The notes under the pieces were generated by a model, which worked only from the letters and a program-made list of their open reading frames with translations, was not told the origin of the DNA and did not search any database. Below are positions 44,174 to 52,584 of a DNA stretch of 58,179 nucleotides, one piece after another; the first letter of the stretch is position 1; every line of letters starts with the position of its first letter. Position numbers and translations under genes: made by a program. The stretch is from an uncultured Candidatus Saccharibacteria bacterium (GTDB taxonomy: Bacteria > Patescibacteriota > UBA1384 > CAILIB01), in assembly GCA_964593885.1 (NCBI GenBank), contig CAZQKK010000002.1, positions 223,204-281,382 of the forward strand, read 5' to 3'.

Positions 44174-45040
44174 CTAAGTGAAGAATTCAGCCGGGAAGTC
44201 TCTCGATGCCTCTATCGTACCACCTTCCCTGATGAGCGCGTAGCTGAAGGTGAAGGTTTCCAAGAGCTTTTCTGCAGGCGTAAATGAGAGAGCTGTAGCT
44301 ATGCCATCAGCCAGCAACCCGCTCTCTGCCACCACCCACGTTGCTGCAATGTTTGTAGGAGACTCTTGGGTTACCGGGTTAATGATGTGGGTAAACTTCC
44401 CCCACTTCCGCCGGTTACCCGCCGAGCCACAAATGCTCCCACTGGTAATGGTGGCAACCCCCACCACTTCATCTGGTGCATCCGGGTTCTCAAGCCCAAC
44501 CCTCAACGGCTCCTCACTGTTGCAGTAGAGCATATCCCTTCCTGCATCAACGCAGTAAGCAGTAACGCCGTGGTCTCTGAGGACTCCTGCCACAATATCC
44601 ACAAGGTACCCCTTGCCAGCTGCTCCAAAATCGAGGAAGACCGGGGTCTTGAGTGTTAGTTTTGGGAACTGGAAGTCCATCACTTCGTCCCATGCTCTCA
44701 CCGGTGAGAGGTTTTTGGGAGTGAGTGAGTACGAAGCATCGTAGCCGGCATCTGACATGAGGTTGCCAATGAGAGGAGTTACCAGCCCTCCGGTTGCATC
44801 GTAGAGAGAGCGATAGCAACCAAGAAGCTTCTCGCTGTCGGGTGGCAAGGTGTACTCGCCCGCAGCTTGAGACATTCTCGTAACCAGAGAATCTTGTCTG
44901 AACCTTGAGTAGGTTGTATCGTAGGTTTCAATCCTCTGAGAGATGCTCTCTTCCAGTTCTGCGACACCCAGATCCTTTGGTGCAGAAAAGATTTCAATCT
45001 CCCAAACGGTGCCAATTGCTTCAAAGTTAAGCTTTACCAC
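44174..45040 (-). CDS. apbE: FAD:protein FMN transferase (ApbE family)
   Basis: 288 aa. FEAIGT.W.I, SRF...S.., DFGAAGKGY and GSICGSAGN..K motifs. No obvious signal peptide. Confidence 0.8.
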   Translation of the reverse strand: MVKLNFEAIGTVWEIEIFSAPKDLGVAELEESISQRIETYDTTYSRFRQDSLVTRMSQAAGEYTLPPDSEKLLGCYRSLYDATGGLVTPLIGNLMSDAGYDASYSLTPKNLSPVRAWDEVMDFQFPKLTLKTPVFLDFGAAGKGYLVDIVAGVLRDHGVTAYCVDAGRDMLYCNSEEPLRVGLENPDAPDEVVGVATITSGSICGSAGNRRKWGKFTHIINPVTQESPTNIAATWVVAESGLLADGIATALSFTPAEKLLETFTFSYALIREGGTIEASRDFPAEFFT

Positions 45041-45046
45041 ACACGC

Positions 45047-45598
45047 CTAGCTGGCCTTAGCCTTGATGCTGGTGATGGCGCTATTGAAACCACGGGTGGT
45101 GAGAGATGACCCCGCAAGCCTACTGAAACTCACCTCACTAATCTTTTTCCCGATAATTCTTCCGGGAAAAGTATCAATAAAATCTACCTGGAAGGCACGA
45201 GACTCACCATCTGAGGCCATGTTGGTTCCCGAAGCTGAGGTTACCACCCCATCTTTGAGGGTGAGTGTCACCCCAATAGTCTGTGTGCCCGCTGGGGTGT
45301 TGTAGCTCCCTTGTGAGGAGTAGGTACCGTCTTTGTAGGTACTGCTTGCAGTAGGAGTTGAGGTGGCAGTACTGGTAGCCTTGGGCGAACTTTCTGCCGT
45401 AGGAGTTGCGGTGGCAGTACCACTACTTACAGCAGGCGATGTAGCTGCCTGGCTTGTAGGGCTACTAGCTACATCTTCTGGCAGCACGGTATGTTCATCA
45501 CGCTCATGTTTGCTATACGTAACCGCACCCCCAGCTAAGCTGAGTACGAGGGCTAAGGTAGCAACAGAAATGGTAGTGGTATTACGTGACCGAGACAT
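45047..45598 (-). CDS. membrane-anchored FMN-binding domain protein
   Basis: 183 aa. TM anchor, Ser/Thr/Pro/Ala linker, then YKDGTYSSQGSY..IGVTLTLKDGVVT..LAGSSLTTRGF, resembling the FMN_bind domain and its flavinylation site. Confidence 0.7.
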   Translation of the reverse strand: MSRSRNTTTISVATLALVLSLAGGAVTYSKHERDEHTVLPEDVASSPTSQAATSPAVSSGTATATPTAESSPKATSTATSTPTASSTYKDGTYSSQGSYNTPAGTQTIGVTLTLKDGVVTSASGTNMASDGESRAFQVDFIDTFPGRIIGKKISEVSFSRLAGSSLTTRGFNSAITSIKAKAS

Positions 45599-45641
45599 GT
45601 GCTCCTATTCTAGACAGTCAGTATGAAAATTGCGTGAAACC

Positions 45642-46616
45642 CTAGTGACAGGTGCCACTTCCACTATCGGTAAACGTTTCACCGAGAACCGGGAGAAATT
45701 CCCACGAGTACTTCCGCTGATCGAGGGTGAGTTTGAGCACCCCGTAGGCGCTGTTATTCCTCACCTCACTTCCCGGTAGCGGCATCCCAAACTTGTAGAG
45801 CTCCTTCCCGCCCGTTCCGACGGTAATTGATCTCACCCCTTTTGCCTCATCAACTACGCCCTGAGGGTTAAGGGGTGAGAACCTCTCGTAGAGGTGCTCG
45901 TGACCCGCAAGTGAAAGTTCTACACCGCGCTCGTAGAAGAGTTCCCAAAATGGCTGGAGGGCGAGGGTGCTCCCATGCTCACTCCCCGAGTTAAACCGAG
46001 GGTGATGCATCATTGCTACCACACAGGTATCTTCTGCTAGTTCATCTGAGAGCCACTGGTACTGGGGCGATGAAACGCCGCAGCCGCCAACCTCTGAGCA
46101 GTTGGTGTTGAGCACCACCACCTTCCAGCTCCCCGCCATGTAGCTGTAGTAACCTTTTTCTGGGTTACCCGCAGCACCGCCGAAGTAGGAAAAGTAAGCC
46201 GACGCGTGCTTGGTTTGGTAGTCGTGGTTACCGGCAACTGGTTTTGTTCGATCCTTAAACCTCCCCCAGGTTGGGTTGTAGCAGTTGGCAAACTCCTCTA
46301 CTGTCCCTTTCTGGTAGACGTTATCCCCTAGGGTAAAGACGGTACCAGCGATACCCTCAACGAGTGCCGCTGTGTTTTCGTCCCCATCCCCACTACAGCT
46401 TGAGATATCGCCAGCACCAACCAGAACTGCCGCTGGCAAGGTCTTGGTAGGAGTGGGAGTAACGGTTGGCTGCGCCGTCTCTTCTGCTGGCTGACTAGAG
46501 AGACTGGTAATCTGTACGTCATTGAGCTTGAACACTACAAGGCTTGCCCCCATCAAGACAAAGGCGAAAACTGCAGCGAGGACGAGTCGTGGCGTTGGCA
46601 TCTGTAGCTCTAGCAT
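45642..46616 (-). CDS. secreted calcineurin-like metallophosphoesterase
   Basis: The start is uncertain (Met at 46646, 46616 or 46601). TM/signal. GDISS, GDNVY, GNHDY, HHP and GHEHLYER metallophosphoesterase motifs. Confidence 0.8.
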   Translation of the reverse strand: MLELQMPTPRLVLAAVFAFVLMGASLVVFKLNDVQITSLSSQPAEETAQPTVTPTPTKTLPAAVLVGAGDISSCSGDGDENTAALVEGIAGTVFTLGDNVYQKGTVEEFANCYNPTWGRFKDRTKPVAGNHDYQTKHASAYFSYFGGAAGNPEKGYYSYMAGSWKVVVLNTNCSEVGGCGVSSPQYQWLSDELAEDTCVVAMMHHPRFNSGSEHGSTLALQPFWELFYERGVELSLAGHEHLYERFSPLNPQGVVDEAKGVRSITVGTGGKELYKFGMPLPGSEVRNNSAYGVLKLTLDQRKYSWEFLPVLGETFTDSGSGTCH

Positions 46617-46640
46617 ACTCCAACAGGCTATACTGGTGCT

Positions 46641-48083
46641 ATGCATTTCTCTAATCGCCTCCTTACCACGCGCCTCTGGGTGAGACCGCTAGTTTACCTG
46701 GTACTTGCTTCGCTCATCGCAATGGGAGGTTACGGTTACCGCGTCCTCGCAGCTCATGAGACCAACGCCCAGGAAACCCTGCGTGAGACGGTGACCAACC
46801 TGGCAAAGCAGCGTGAGGCTTACGCAAGCTACAAGCAGCTGAGTGTGGCACGAGAGAGCCTCGCCACCATTGGGGGCGATACTACCCAACTTGACGCAAC
46901 CCTCGCTACAGTAAAGCAACACCTCCTGGCTGAGGATTTTGCCAGTGCGCTTGCTACGGCAACCGCAGGAGAGCTTGCAGCTGGTGAGCAGCTGGATTCG
47001 CTCAAAACCGACCAAGCAAAGGCTGAGGAAGAAGCTCTCAAAAAAGGCAGCCTCCAACTGCAGGTTACCAACGGTGCCTCTGCTGAGGTTGCGGTTACCC
47101 AAGGTGAGACCAGTGTTGCCACCGGCACCACCGACGCAAATGGCGCTTTTAGCACCGTACTACCTATCGGAACCTACACCGTGGCGGTGAGCAAGTACGG
47201 CTTCATCAGCATTACTACGGCAGATGTGGTGATCACCGGCAAACAGACCACCGCCCTCAACCTCACCCTCGTCACCGCGCCAACTCCTACACCAACAGCT
47301 AAAGCTAGCAGCACACCGCGGGCAACGGCCACTCCAACCGCAACTCCCGCCCCTGCCTCAAGTAGCACCGCCCACAGTAGCTACCGCAGAACTACGGTTT
47401 CAAGCTCACGTGGCAGCTTTACGGCAGACATTATGCAGTTTGAGCTTGGTGCTGGAAAGATTAAGGTAGCCACCGATACTGCCTCAGACACCGACTGCTC
47501 TGCAGACTGCGCAACCATGGCGGTGAAGAGCTACGTGCAGCGCCACAGCGGTGCGGTTGCCGGGATTAATGGAACCTACTTCTGTGCAGCTGACTACAGC
47601 ACCTGTACCGCTGAGAAAGGGCACTTCTTCTGGAAAGTCTACAACACCCGCTTGGGACGAATGATCAATGCTAGCAGTGGCCTGGGCGAATCAGACCCCT
47701 TCCTCATCTTTGACAGCGTGGGAAACCCCACCTTCCTCTCCTACTGGAACGACTACGCTTCTCACAGCTTTGTTGCGGGCATCAACCACAAGCCTGCTGT
47801 GGTGAGGAACGGTGCCTACGCGGTTGATGAGAACGCCCTCGATACCAAGCAGCGAACCTCAAAGGTTGCCCGCGGAGCAATAGGCGTGTCAGGTAGTACC
47901 CTCTACGTGGTAGTAGTCCAGAGTGCTACCGTCATGGATCTGGGCGCCGTAATGGTAGCAGTTGGCGCCACCAACGCCCTCAACCTTGATGAGGGTGGCT
48001 CAAGCGCCATGTACTACAACGGCGAATACAAAAGAGGACCCGGTCGAGGGGTCCCTAACGCTATAGTGTTTATTGAGCAGTAG
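46641..48083 (+). CDS. secreted phosphodiester glycosidase-family protein with a CarboxypepD_reg-like domain
   Basis: 480 aa. TM, coiled coil, TDANGAFSTVLPIGTYTVAVSKYGF (carboxypeptidase-regulatory-like fold), Thr/Pro linker. C-terminal INGTYF..ARGAIG..LYVVVV..LDEGGSS resembles the NAGPA/DUF2233 domain. Confidence 0.65.
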   Translation: MHFSNRLLTTRLWVRPLVYLVLASLIAMGGYGYRVLAAHETNAQETLRETVTNLAKQREAYASYKQLSVARESLATIGGDTTQLDATLATVKQHLLAEDFASALATATAGELAAGEQLDSLKTDQAKAEEEALKKGSLQLQVTNGASAEVAVTQGETSVATGTTDANGAFSTVLPIGTYTVAVSKYGFISITTADVVITGKQTTALNLTLVTAPTPTPTAKASSTPRATATPTATPAPASSSTAHSSYRRTTVSSSRGSFTADIMQFELGAGKIKVATDTASDTDCSADCATMAVKSYVQRHSGAVAGINGTYFCAADYSTCTAEKGHFFWKVYNTRLGRMINASSGLGESDPFLIFDSVGNPTFLSYWNDYASHSFVAGINHKPAVVRNGAYAVDENALDTKQRTSKVARGAIGVSGSTLYVVVVQSATVMDLGAVMVAVGATNALNLDEGGSSAMYYNGEYKRGPGRGVPNAIVFIEQ

Positions 48084-48085
48084 CC

Positions 48086-48745
48086 CTAGTTGAGAGTAGC
48101 TCGGATCCTCTCCATGTGAGCTTCATCTCGCTCCCGCTGACCCGCCATGTGAGTAGCAACATCTTCCTGGCTACCATGGGTGATATCACTATAACGCTTG
48201 AGGTAGGCAGTGAGCGCCTGCATTTCCCTACCGTTTACCCCGCGCTTGATCTGTCTCTCAACAGCGATGCGGGCAGTTTCACTTATGATAGTAAAGGGTT
48301 CATACACCTGCTCATCTCTACTCTTTTGTCTGAGCCATTCGTTAACCTCCTGAAAGTCAGCTTCAAGCTGATCACCCTTAGACGTACCTATAACCTGAAC
48401 AAGCTCATCAAAGGCTCTCTTGTGCTCTCGAATTTTCTCGAGTGAGCGATCCATCATCTCCTTACCAGCACGGATGTTTTCAAAGAAGTGCTCTCTGGCT
48501 GCTGGATCTTGGTGGGTGATCACCTCTTTTAGGTAGCTCTCAGCTTTGTCGTAGTCTTCTGGGGCAACATCATTTTGGGAAATCTCAGTGAGGCTCACCC
48601 CACGTCGCTGCATGGTCTCGCAGAGTGCGTACCAATCAAGCACATCTACTGGGATGGTCTTTAAATCTGTTTCCTGCTCGTATCCTTGCTCTCCTGGGAG
48701 TGTTTCCATAGCTCCATGGTAGGCTACTCTGCCAGCTTCTTGCAA
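48086..48745 (-). CDS. hypothetical cytoplasmic helical protein
   Basis: 219 aa, charged and helical, no family recognised. Confidence 0.5.
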   Translation of the reverse strand: MQEAGRVAYHGAMETLPGEQGYEQETDLKTIPVDVLDWYALCETMQRRGVSLTEISQNDVAPEDYDKAESYLKEVITHQDPAAREHFFENIRAGKEMMDRSLEKIREHKRAFDELVQVIGTSKGDQLEADFQEVNEWLRQKSRDEQVYEPFTIISETARIAVERQIKRGVNGREMQALTAYLKRYSDITHGSQEDVATHMAGQRERDEAHMERIRATLN

Positions 48746-48781
48746 GTGACACCCAAATTCCTCTATACCAACCTTTAGCTG

Positions 48782-50599
48782 CTATTCGCTTTCTTCTCGC
48801 TCTTGCAGTTCTGGGTCTTTACCTGAAGCCTGAATTTTCCAGAGTTTTGCGTAGAGACCATTCTTCTTGAGGAGTGCATCGTGGGTTCCCTGCTCAGCAA
48901 CCTTCCCTTTATCGAGGACAAAAATGGTGTCTGAGTCTGAGATAGTTGAGAGCCTGTGAGCAACGGCGAGGGTAGTTCTTCCCTTTGCAACCAGGTCTAG
49001 CGCCTGCTGAATTTCCTGTTCGCTGTGTGAATCTAGGCTTGAGGTTGCCTCGTCAAAGACGAGGATCTTTGGATTCCTAATCACCGCCCGGGCAATGGCT
49101 ACGCGCTGCTTTTCACCACCAGAGAGCTTTACCCCACGCTCACCCACAACGGTGTCGTACTTTTCTGGGAACCTCTCAATGACGTGGTCAATGCTAGCAA
49201 GCTTTGCGGCTGCATTAATTTCCGCCATGGTGGCATTTGGCTTACCAAACCTGATGTTCTCAGCAATGGTTGAGTTGAAGAGCACAGGCTCTTGGGGAAC
49301 TATGGCGAAAATGCTTCGCCTATCATCTTTTGAGAGCTGCTTGAGAGGTACGCCGTCTACGGTAATCTCCCCCTCTGTAGGCTCGAAGAGACGGAAGAGC
49401 AGTTTCACAATGGTAGATTTTCCAGCACCAGAAGGTCCCACAAAAGCCACCTTCTGACCTGGTTTTACCTGGAGTGAAACATCTTTTAGTACCCCTGCGC
49501 GGCCGGCATAGCTGAAGGCAACGTTATTGAAAGCAACCTCGCCCCGTGGCTTTGAGATGTGCTGAGGGTTCTCTGGCTCAGTGATGGTATTTTCAACCTG
49601 GAGCACCTTTGCCATACCATCGAGGTCTGTGAGGCCATCTTTGATCTCACGGTAAATCCAACCCAGCACCTCAATTGGAGCAGATAGCTGGATAACGTAG
49701 GTGCTGAGTAGCACTAAGTCTCCAACCGTCATTCTCCCAGCGGCAGCCTCTCTGATACCCAGGAAAAGTACAATTCCAAGGCCAATGAGTACCACTCCAC
49801 CCTGCCCCCAAGCAATGAGGGCGAAGAGACGGTTTGATTTGAGGGTAAGCTTGTAGCGCTGGTTGATAGCAGGAACGTACCTCCCCTCCATGAGAGGCTC
49901 GTTATTGAAGTACTTCACCGTCTCGATGTTGGTGAGAGCATCTACCTCAATTGAAGCAACCTCATCATCAGCCATGTTTGAGCCAAGGCGATACTTTTGA
50001 CGCTTCTGGGTAGACCAAATGGTAAACCAAGCGTAGAAGATAACCGTGCTAAAAATAATAATTGCGTAAATTGGTGGGTAGAGGCTGATCAGGAAGAACG
50101 AGGTTACCACCAGACCTACAACCGTAGGCAAAATGTTCATCACCGTGAAATCTAGGATGAACGAAACTGCCCTACTCCCACGGGTAATCTTGCGAGCGAG
50201 GCCACCAATTTTCTGCTCTACGTGGTAGGCAATAGGAAGCTGGACGAGGTGACTGAACAGCTTGTGCGAGAGGGTACGGGAAATACCCATCTGCGCAGGG
50301 GCAAAGGTAACATCTCTCAGGTAGTCCAAGAACGAGGTACCAAACTTGAAAGCAAAGAAAGTGAGCACCACCGGCAAGAGCGAAGCAAAGTCTTTCTTCT
50401 CCGTAACACCATCAATAATTTTCTTGAGCCAGAGCGGATCAAGGGCACCAGTAATCCTGGCACCAACCATAAAGATGATGGTGAGTACTACGAGGAACCA
50501 GTAGGGTTTCAGGTACCTAAAAAGGTAGGGAATATTTACCGCGCTAAAGGGCGGCTCTGCATTTGGGTTTTGTTCGGGCATGTAGTTACTTAACCACAT
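48782..50599 (-). CDS. ABC exporter, fused permease-ATPase (MsbA/ATM1-like)
   Basis: 605 aa. Six-TM exporter domain, then GPSGAGKST, LSGGEKQR, LVFDEATSSLD. Confidence 0.85.
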   Translation of the reverse strand: MWLSNYMPEQNPNAEPPFSAVNIPYLFRYLKPYWFLVVLTIIFMVGARITGALDPLWLKKIIDGVTEKKDFASLLPVVLTFFAFKFGTSFLDYLRDVTFAPAQMGISRTLSHKLFSHLVQLPIAYHVEQKIGGLARKITRGSRAVSFILDFTVMNILPTVVGLVVTSFFLISLYPPIYAIIIFSTVIFYAWFTIWSTQKRQKYRLGSNMADDEVASIEVDALTNIETVKYFNNEPLMEGRYVPAINQRYKLTLKSNRLFALIAWGQGGVVLIGLGIVLFLGIREAAAGRMTVGDLVLLSTYVIQLSAPIEVLGWIYREIKDGLTDLDGMAKVLQVENTITEPENPQHISKPRGEVAFNNVAFSYAGRAGVLKDVSLQVKPGQKVAFVGPSGAGKSTIVKLLFRLFEPTEGEITVDGVPLKQLSKDDRRSIFAIVPQEPVLFNSTIAENIRFGKPNATMAEINAAAKLASIDHVIERFPEKYDTVVGERGVKLSGGEKQRVAIARAVIRNPKILVFDEATSSLDSHSEQEIQQALDLVAKGRTTLAVAHRLSTISDSDTIFVLDKGKVAEQGTHDALLKKNGLYAKLWKIQASGKDPELQEREESE

Positions 50600-50637
50600 C
50601 TTTCGTGGTATATCTAGTGCTATCAGCGAGGATAGTT

Positions 50638-50976
50638 ATGACGACCCTTAAAAGACTGTTACAGACCTACGAGGGACTCATTGAACCCTCAGTTCCCGAA
50701 GTTATGCGTAAGGTGTACGGCAAACGGTTGAGTAGAATCCACTGGCTCACCAGCCGGTTTGTAGACTACGGCATCTGTAGCCTGTCCCAGGCACAGCTAC
50801 TCTGCTACCAACTGGTAGTCCAAAAGTCACGCTGGCGAAGTGCAAAGCGAAAGATCCACAGCACCGATCTCATCGTCCAAGACTTCCCCCAGTACGCAGC
50901 CGAATCGTACGCGGCACTCTACACCAAACTCCACGCTCTCGCTTCTAGCAACAATTCCCAAGAGGTGCCCTCCTAG
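50638..50976 (+). CDS. hypothetical protein (112 aa)
   Basis: Track ORF trimmed to MTTLKRLLQ... No family recognised. Confidence 0.4.
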   Translation: MTTLKRLLQTYEGLIEPSVPEVMRKVYGKRLSRIHWLTSRFVDYGICSLSQAQLLCYQLVVQKSRWRSAKRKIHSTDLIVQDFPQYAAESYAALYTKLHALASSNNSQEVPS

Positions 50977-51033
50977 CACCTCTTTTTTAAACCTGTAGTA
51001 ACTTCTCCCCAGCCCGTAGTACAATAGGTGTGT

Positions 51034-52572
51034 ATGCTTACCCAAGATGATGTCATCTACTTCATTGTCACCGACAGGTTCTCTAACGGGGACCCTGAGA
51101 ATGATCAGGACGTAGACCTCTCCAACCCAGACGGCTACCATGGTGGCGATTTTCAGGGCATCATTGATCGTATCCCCTACCTTCAACACCTTGGGGTAAC
51201 CGCCCTCTGGATCACCCCAGTCTTTGAGAACAGCCACCTCCCCCAGCATGGCCACTTTGGCTACCACGGCTACTGGCCTTTTGATTTTGACAAGGTTGAC
51301 CCCCACCTCTACAGCCCAAAACCTGGGGTACCTGCTGGAAGCAAGCGCTACCTCAAGGACCTCGTTGACCAGCTCCACTCAGCAGGCATCAAGGTAATCC
51401 TTGATGTGGTAGTAAACCACACCGCCTACGATCACCCTGGTCTCCAGGAAGGCGGGCACAGCATCATCAAACCTCACTGGTTCAATCCCCCAAAGAGCGA
51501 GCAAGAGGTGGGCGATATTGGCAGCTGGCTCTCAGGCCTTCCAGACCTTAAGGCAGACATTCCCGAGGTTGCTGACTACCTTGTGCAGATGGTGGCAGAC
51601 TGGATTGGCGAAACTGGCGTGGACTGCATCAGGATGGATACCGCCAAGCACGTTGAGGGAATCTTCTGGCACTACTACAAAACGCTCATTAAGGGTAAGT
51701 ACCCTACCGTTTCGCTCTTGGGCGAGGTACTGGACTACAACATTGACCACATCTCAAGCTACCAGAGGCACTTCGCCTTTGACTCCCTCTTTGACTTCCC
51801 CCTCCAGCGCGCCATCGAGAACGCTTTCATTTTTGGCGAAAGCTGCAAGCAGATTGCGGCTCCCTACAGCACCCTCGCCCACCCGGGAAGCGGCATCCTT
51901 GACCAAGACAACGCCTACACCAACCACAACAAGCTGGTAACCCTCTTGGATAACCACGACCTCGCCGCAAGGTTCCTCACGCGTGCCCTCGAGCACAGCC
52001 ACCAGAACCACGCCTGGGCGGAGCACACCCTGAAGCTTGCCCTCATCTTCATGCTCACCAGTAGGGGTATCCCGCAAATCTACTACGGCACCGAGCTTGG
52101 CCTAGAAGGCAGGCATGACCCTGATAACCGCCGCGACATGCCGTGGCACCTCATCCCCAACGGCCTTGAGCCTGATCCTGAGAAAAACCAGGGTACCAGC
52201 GAGATCTTCCAGCTCACCAAGCAGCTCATCGGCATTCGCAAGGCATCACAGGCGCTCAAGTACGGTTCGCAACTCACCCTCTACGTTGACGATAGAATCT
52301 ACGTCTACATGCGCGAGTACCGTAACGAGTGGGTTGTCGTAGCCATCAACCTCAACGACGAAGACATGACCATGCCTCTTGAGGTTTCCTTCGCCTACAA
52401 CGAAATCATTCCTCCACGTATCAAGGAAGACATGCAGAACCAGCAGTACGTCGACATCCTGAGGCAGGTGCCATCAGGACACGCCACCGATAAAGTTTTC
52501 AGCATTCAGCTTCACAAGCGAAGTGCCGCGATACTCATGCCGCTCAAGCAGATGTTAGTGAGTGTCGCCTAA
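51034..52572 (+). CDS. GH13 alpha-amylase-family glycosidase
   Basis: GH13 conserved regions: DVVVNHT, GVDCIRMDTAKHV, LLGEVLD, LLDNHD. Also GYHGGDFQGI..LGVTALWITPV. TACAAT lies 8 nt upstream of the ATG. Confidence 0.9.
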   Translation: MLTQDDVIYFIVTDRFSNGDPENDQDVDLSNPDGYHGGDFQGIIDRIPYLQHLGVTALWITPVFENSHLPQHGHFGYHGYWPFDFDKVDPHLYSPKPGVPAGSKRYLKDLVDQLHSAGIKVILDVVVNHTAYDHPGLQEGGHSIIKPHWFNPPKSEQEVGDIGSWLSGLPDLKADIPEVADYLVQMVADWIGETGVDCIRMDTAKHVEGIFWHYYKTLIKGKYPTVSLLGEVLDYNIDHISSYQRHFAFDSLFDFPLQRAIENAFIFGESCKQIAAPYSTLAHPGSGILDQDNAYTNHNKLVTLLDNHDLAARFLTRALEHSHQNHAWAEHTLKLALIFMLTSRGIPQIYYGTELGLEGRHDPDNRRDMPWHLIPNGLEPDPEKNQGTSEIFQLTKQLIGIRKASQALKYGSQLTLYVDDRIYVYMREYRNEWVVVAINLNDEDMTMPLEVSFAYNEIIPPRIKEDMQNQQYVDILRQVPSGHATDKVFSIQLHKRSAAILMPLKQMLVSVA

Positions 52573-52584
52573 ATCTTCCGTCGT

